From an uncultured delta proteobacterium (GTDB lineage Bacteria > Desulfobacterota > Binatia > UBA9968): a DNA stretch of 20,130 nucleotides. The notes under the pieces are model-generated. The model was not told the DNA's origin. It saw nothing but the letters and a program-made list of their open reading frames with translations, and ran no database searches. Positions 16,779-20,130 of the stretch are shown one piece after another (the stretch's first letter is position 1; the number at the start of each line of letters is the position of its first letter). The stretch is taken from assembly GCA_963745835.1 (NCBI GenBank), contig CAVUZH010000017.1, positions 1 through 20,130 on the forward strand. Direction: 5' to 3'. Position numbers and translations under genes: made by a program.

Positions 16779-17074
16779 CCTAATCTCACGCCGTCACCAC
16801 TACGGCGACTGCATTGATAGCGGTGATTGGCGCACAGCTTTTGGAATTTGCCCTGATACATTTATGCTAGGCTGGCTAGGGTATCAGCATCTTAGCCAAC
16901 GAGCGGCAGATCAATGTGCCGCAACGACGGGAAGCGACCGTTGCTGTTTAAAGCCATAGGACATCGGTTCGGCCTCACACGCTTGATCCTAAACTTTCTC
17001 AGCCTCACTTCATTTCATTTCACTAGCTGTATAAGCATGAACGAAAAATGACTAAGAACACTTCGGTAATCACT

Positions 17075-18040
17075 ATGAAGAGAATCTTTTATTTAATAGT
17101 GGCCCTGCTCTCCTCGGCTAACTCCACCGAGGCCGCCGACAATCTTCGTATTAGCTATTCAGGACCATCCATAAGCAACGCGCTTCTTTGGGTAAGCAAG
17201 GAAGGTAAGCTTTTCGAAAAAAACGGTCTCAATGTGGAATTGATTTATCTTGCCGGATCTCTAGGACAAAGCGCGCTGATTGCCGGCGAAACTCAATTCG
17301 CCGTTTACACCGGCCTGCTGATGACGCCTGCGCGGCTGCAAGGTGCGGATGTTACCATGGTCGCGAGCTTCCTTGATCATTTGTTATCGAGGCTTGTTGT
17401 ACGTCCTGACATCAGGTCTGCTGCAGATCTTAGGGGGAAACGTCTTGGCGTCACGCGTTTCGGTACGGCGTCGGATTTTGGCATGCGTTTAATGGTTTCC
17501 AAACTAGGCTTAAATCCTGACAGAGACGTTTCCATCCTACAAATCGGCGACAACCCAACACGCCTGGTCGCACTTCAAGCCAAAAGCATTGACGGCGCAA
17601 TCTTCGACCCGCCAGAGTACAAAAAAGCTGTCGAAGCCGGTGGCCATGTCTTGTTTAACCTAGAAGAGACGATGATTCCATACCAGCACGCCGGCCTCGT
17701 AACCACCCGGAAATTTATCAGCAACCGGACTGATATTGCACGGCGAGTTGTAAAAACTATCGTTGAGGGCGCAGCGCTCGTGCGGAAAGAGCCCGTTATA
17801 ACCAAACGAGCTTTGTCAGCGCGTTTGAACGTCAAAGACGAACGGGAATTGGAAGAGACCTATCAACTGTTGCGTGGATTCACGCAACCAAAGCCCTATC
17901 CCAGCCTAGCGGGGTTTCGCGCGATCCTAGACGATTTGTCTAGGAAAATGCCGGCAGCAAAGGGCGCTGATCCCAAAGACTTTTCCGAACCGCGATTCAT
18001 AGAGGAGCTTGATCGAAGTGGTTACATCAACAGCCTCTAA
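17075..18040 (+). CDS. ABC transporter substrate-binding protein, NitT/TauT family
   Basis: Signal peptide MKRIFYLIVALL; LRGKRLGVTRFGTASDF; FIEELDRSGYI. Start could be 17048 or 17075. Confidence 0.9.
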   Translation: MKRIFYLIVALLSSANSTEAADNLRISYSGPSISNALLWVSKEGKLFEKNGLNVELIYLAGSLGQSALIAGETQFAVYTGLLMTPARLQGADVTMVASFLDHLLSRLVVRPDIRSAADLRGKRLGVTRFGTASDFGMRLMVSKLGLNPDRDVSILQIGDNPTRLVALQAKSIDGAIFDPPEYKKAVEAGGHVLFNLEETMIPYQHAGLVTTRKFISNRTDIARRVVKTIVEGAALVRKEPVITKRALSARLNVKDERELEETYQLLRGFTQPKPYPSLAGFRAILDDLSRKMPAAKGADPKDFSEPRFIEELDRSGYINSL

Positions 18041-18071
18041 AAATAATCCCACGATTGGCTTACTAGTATCT

Positions 18072-19031
18072 ATGATCCTGCTCGTTCTGGTAGCGAGTAG
18101 GTCATCATCCGATGCTGCGGACAAGATTCGCATCGGCTATTCTGGCGTGACGGTCAGCAACGCGATGTTGTGGGTCACCGACGAAGCCAAGTTATTTCAG
18201 AAAAATGGTATTGAACCGCAAATTCTCTACCTGCAAACCACTCTCGGACAAACGGCAATGATCGCCGGCGAGGTCGACATGTGCGTGTACTCCGGCAGTT
18301 TACTTTCATCCGCTCGACTGCAGGGTGCCGACGTAGTAATGGTGACCAGTTTTCTCAACAAACCGCTCTATCGACTTGTTGTGCGTCCGGAGATTAGGAC
18401 TGTTGCGGATCTCAAAGGTAAGAGACTCGGTATTACACGTTTCGGCACAGTCACTGATTCGATGTCCCGACTTTTGGTCGGGAAACTCGGGTTGGATCCA
18501 GATAAAGACGTCTCCTACATCCAAGTTGGAGACGTCCCGATCCTACTGGCATCCCTTACCACGGGTAGAATCATTGATGGGGCAATCATTCAGCCACCTT
18601 ACTACCTGAAAGCCCTAGCCTCCGGTATGCGAGTTTTAGTTAATATGCAAGACATGGATATTTCCGTGCAGCAAACCGGTCTGAACACGACGCAAAAATT
18701 TATCTCCAAGAATCCCGACGTCGTGCGCCGCGTCGTAAAGTCGGTGATCGAAGGCATTCATATGATGCGTACGAACCCATCTGTGGCCAAGCACGCGATC
18801 TCGAAGCGTATGCAGATCAAAGATGAAAAAGAAATCGAAGATACCTATTTGCTGCTTAGAAGTTTCGTGCCGATAAAGCCCTATCCGACGTTGGACGGTT
18901 TTAAAACTATCTTTGACGATCTTTCGAGGAAGGTTCCCGCGGCAAAAACCGCCAATCCGAAGGAATTTGTTGATACCCAGTTTATTGATGAGCTTGACCG
19001 GTCGGGCTACATCGACAGCTTGTACAAATAG
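18072..19031 (+). CDS. ABC transporter substrate-binding protein, NitT/TauT family
   Basis: AADKIRIGYSG; LKGKRLGITRFGT; FIDELDRSGYIDSLYK. Start uncertain (ATG 18072; homology suggests 18051). Confidence 0.88.
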   Translation: MILLVLVASRSSSDAADKIRIGYSGVTVSNAMLWVTDEAKLFQKNGIEPQILYLQTTLGQTAMIAGEVDMCVYSGSLLSSARLQGADVVMVTSFLNKPLYRLVVRPEIRTVADLKGKRLGITRFGTVTDSMSRLLVGKLGLDPDKDVSYIQVGDVPILLASLTTGRIIDGAIIQPPYYLKALASGMRVLVNMQDMDISVQQTGLNTTQKFISKNPDVVRRVVKSVIEGIHMMRTNPSVAKHAISKRMQIKDEKEIEDTYLLLRSFVPIKPYPTLDGFKTIFDDLSRKVPAAKTANPKEFVDTQFIDELDRSGYIDSLYK

Positions 19032-19035
19032 CCTT

Positions 19036-19939
19036 ATGGAACAATATGACATTGTTATTGTCGGCGGCGGCATGGCCGGGCTGAGTGCTTGCCATGTATG
19101 GTGGATGGCTTGGTCGCAAGGTATTACTCGCCGAGCGGCAAATGTTTGGCGGTCAAATCATCAACGCGGATCAGGTGGAAAACTATCCCGGCTTTCCTGA
19201 CGGGGTACTCGGCGCTGACCTCGTCGCGCAGGTGCGAGCACAGGCGCTGAAGTTTGGCGCAACGATGCAATATCTTGAGATCACCTCGATCGAAAAACCT
19301 GATAGCGCGTTTGTCCTTCAATCGAATGACGGTGTTTATGGCGCGCAAAGCGTGATCGTCGCTACCGGGGGAAATCCGCGTCGACTCGGGATTAAAGGCG
19401 AAGTCGAGCTTGAAGGCCGAGGCGTTTCCCGCTGCGCGACTTGTGATGGAGCCTTCTTCGCGGAAAAACCGGTGGTTGTTCTCGGCGGCGGTGATACAGC
19501 TTTGGATGAAGCGCTGTATCTTGCAGGTATTGCAAATAAGGTAGCTGTCATTCATCAGACTGAACAACCGACAGCGAGTGCTGCGCTTGTGAGGCGCGCG
19601 AGAGGAAATGACAAGATCGAGTGGCTTTCCCGCGCTTCAATTACGGAAATCATCGGCAGCGAATCCGTTGAAGCCTTGCGACTCAGCCAAGGTGACGAAA
19701 TCGCCACGGCAGCCATGTTCATTGCCATTGGTTTTGAACCGGAAACGGCCCTATTGAGAAGCCTCATCGAGATCGACCGTATGGGTCATGCACCCGTCGA
19801 TCTTCATATGCAAACGTCTGTTCCTGGTTTATTCGCGGTCGGTTCCGCTCGACAAGGAAGCTCGGGACAAATCTCATCTGTCACCGGCGATGGGGTTACA
19901 GCCGCCATTTTTTCTGATCGTTACATTTCTGCGAAATAG
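19036..19939 (+). CDS. trxB: Thioredoxin-disulfide reductase-like flavoprotein with a +1 frameshift near the 5' end (pseudogene or sequencing error)
   Basis: MEQYDIVIVGGGMAGLSA begins at 19036 and continues as AMYGG...GGQI...VENYPGF...GRGVSRCATCDG...GGGDTALDEA...TSVPGLFAVG in the next frame. One extra T at 19089/19090; removing it gives 300 aa. Confidence 0.85.
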
Positions 19940-20047
19940 AGTCCGAACCGCTGCCGGCTTTGACCGATCGTGCTTGGAACCGGCAGTGGAAAACCGGTTT
20001 TGATTGCGATAAGTGAAATGCTTGAGCTTGAGGATTTAAATTCACGC

Positions 20048-20130
20048 ATGAGCTCCGGAGCACTCGAAGGGTTCACTTGCATCGACGTTAGCGGGCACGT
20101 CGCGGGGCCTTATGCGGGAAGCCTCTTGGG
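20048..20130 (+). CDS. Family III CoA-transferase (CaiB/BaiF), 5' part only, truncated by the window edge
   Basis: MSSGALEGFTCIDVSGHVAGPYAGSLL matches the family N-terminal pattern L-x-G-x-x-x-x-D-x5-AGP-x4-L. GAGGA upstream. Confidence 0.75.
   Translation, partial: MSSGALEGFTCIDVSGHVAGPYAGSLL

Noticed and set aside
1-20130. CRISPR arrays, tRNA/rRNA (including tRNA-Sec), transposases, integrases
   Set aside because: No regularly spaced repeats, cloverleaf structures or mobile-element motifs seen. The 48-bp repeat is dispersed and promoter-associated.

Overview
A bacterial accessory/catabolic island. Its most notable content is two paralogous modules, each encoding a UGA-recoded selenoprotein (motif G-D-U-G-S-C, UGSC family; the ORF track wrongly stops both at the TGA) followed by a conserved ~350-aa uncharacterised partner protein. 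Both UGA codons are followed, after exactly 11 nt, by a co-varying SECIS-like hairpin. The window also holds an intact LysR regulator, two decayed LysR copies and four ungapped copies of a 48-bp LysR-type operator/promoter element. The other genes are seven ABC substrate-binding proteins with no permease or ATPase, two tandem secreted alpha/beta hydrolases, a tannase-family esterase resembling Ideonella MHETase, a DUF6282-like metallohydrolase, a frameshifted TrxB-type reductase lacking the HRR NADPH motif, and the start of a family III CoA-transferase. My inference is a LysR-coregulated system linking extracellular ester hydrolysis and solute binding to a GrdB/PrdB-like selenium-dependent redox step. 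Family assignments come from recognised motifs and recalled reference sequences, not database searches.
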